Below, in pieces: positions 62,953-64,000 of a DNA stretch of 64,000 bases; the first letter of the stretch is position 1; the number at the start of each line of letters is the position of its first letter. The notes beneath the pieces are model-generated. The model saw nothing but the letters and a program-made list of their open reading frames with translations, was not told the DNA's origin and did not search any database. The position numbers and the translations under genes were made by a program. Source of the stretch: Octopus vulgaris. Its lineage: Eukaryota. The DNA lies in the NCBI GenBank assembly GCA_951406725.2, contig OX597822.1:92938001-93002000 (forward strand), in the 5' to 3' direction.

Positions 62953-63869
62953 GTCAGTAATCTTACCTTCTCTAACTTTGTGTTTGTGAGACTGAATTTG
63001 TCTTTGTCTTGCTCAGGGGTCCTCAACCACCAAGTGATGGACCAGGACCAAACTGTGGAACAGTTGCTACTGGGCCAAACTGAAAGAATGAATTTTAAAA
63101 TTCCATATCTATTTTATGGGCTATTACAATCTGCAGGCGTTTTGGCTTTATATATGTCACAGAATCTCAGCACTCTGTCAGTCACAATGACAAGGGTTCT
63201 AGTTCATCTGATCAACAGAACAGCCTGCTCCTGAAATTAACGTGCAAGCGGCTGAGCACTTGACAGACACACATACCCTTAATGTAGTTCTCAGGTGAAT
63301 TCAGTGTAATGCAGATTGCGACAAGACTGGCCCTTTGAAATACAGGTACAGCTCTGTTTTGCCAGCTGAGTGGACTGCACCAATGTGAAATAAAATGTCT
63401 TGCTCAAGGATAAAATGCATTGCTGGGAATCGAACTCACAACCTTATGATTGTGAGCCAAACACCCTAACCATTAAGCCATGTGCAAATCATGCATATAT
63501 GTATTATATGCATAACATTCTTTTATTTGTTTCAGTCATTTGAATGAGGCCATGCTAGAGCACCACCTTTTTAGTCGCACAAATTGACCCCAGGACTTAT
63601 TCTATTGGTCTCTTTTGCCGAACCGCTAAGTTACGGGGATGTAAACACACCAACATCGGTTGTCAAGTGATGGGGTGGGGGACAAATACAGACACGCAAA
63701 TACATAGATATACAGGGCGTGACAGAAGTAACGCCCTTTTGTATTTCAGTTTTCTAGTTCCTAATTGAGTTTTTTTTTTTTTATTTCCTAAAACTTCTGC
63801 AATTTTTTTTTATTAGTTTATTATTTGTTTCTTTGGGTTCAATAAATAATTACTTAATAAACTTTCATA

Positions 63870-64000
63870 GGCGCAGGAGTGGCTGTGTGGTAAGTAGCTT
63901 GCTTGCCAACCACATAGTTCTGGGTTCAGTCTCACTGTGTGGCACCTCAGGCAAGTATCTTCTACTATAGCCTTGGGCCGATCAAAGCCTTGTGAGTGGA
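63870..64000 (+). mobile_element. SINE family A 5' part, cut by the window end
   Basis: GGCGCAGGAGTGGCTGTGTGGTAAGTAGCTTGC head. Confidence 0.9.

Overview
AT-rich, microsatellite- and SINE-saturated animal genomic DNA; the repeat families point to a coleoid cephalopod, most likely Octopus (inference). The window lies inside one large + strand gene. Nine phase-compatible GT-AG exons (13658-62952) encode a long coiled-coil segment recognisably similar to the central region of AKAP9/pericentrin, plus candidate extra exons. A ~34 kb intron (16032-50015) holds a 45-nt symmetric microexon with a Kozak ATG, a candidate alternative first exon and a candidate alternative terminal exon. The introns contain tRNA-derived SINEs, RTE and R4/Dong LINE 3' ends, Tc1/mariner, pogo, piggyBac and hAT-type MITEs, and two non-autonomous Helitrons. 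The most unusual signal is a set of sequence-unrelated foldback insertions with one longer 'tail' arm, some with 10-15 bp target-site duplications, whose arms carry minimal type-I hammerhead-ribozyme motifs. One family (17585-18115, 57118-57577) has divergent tRNA-like Pol III heads at the palindrome centre. These look like non-autonomous Penelope-like/retrozyme elements. Almost all ORFs in the supplied track are spurious reads of simple repeats or SINEs. All calls were made by eye, without database searches.
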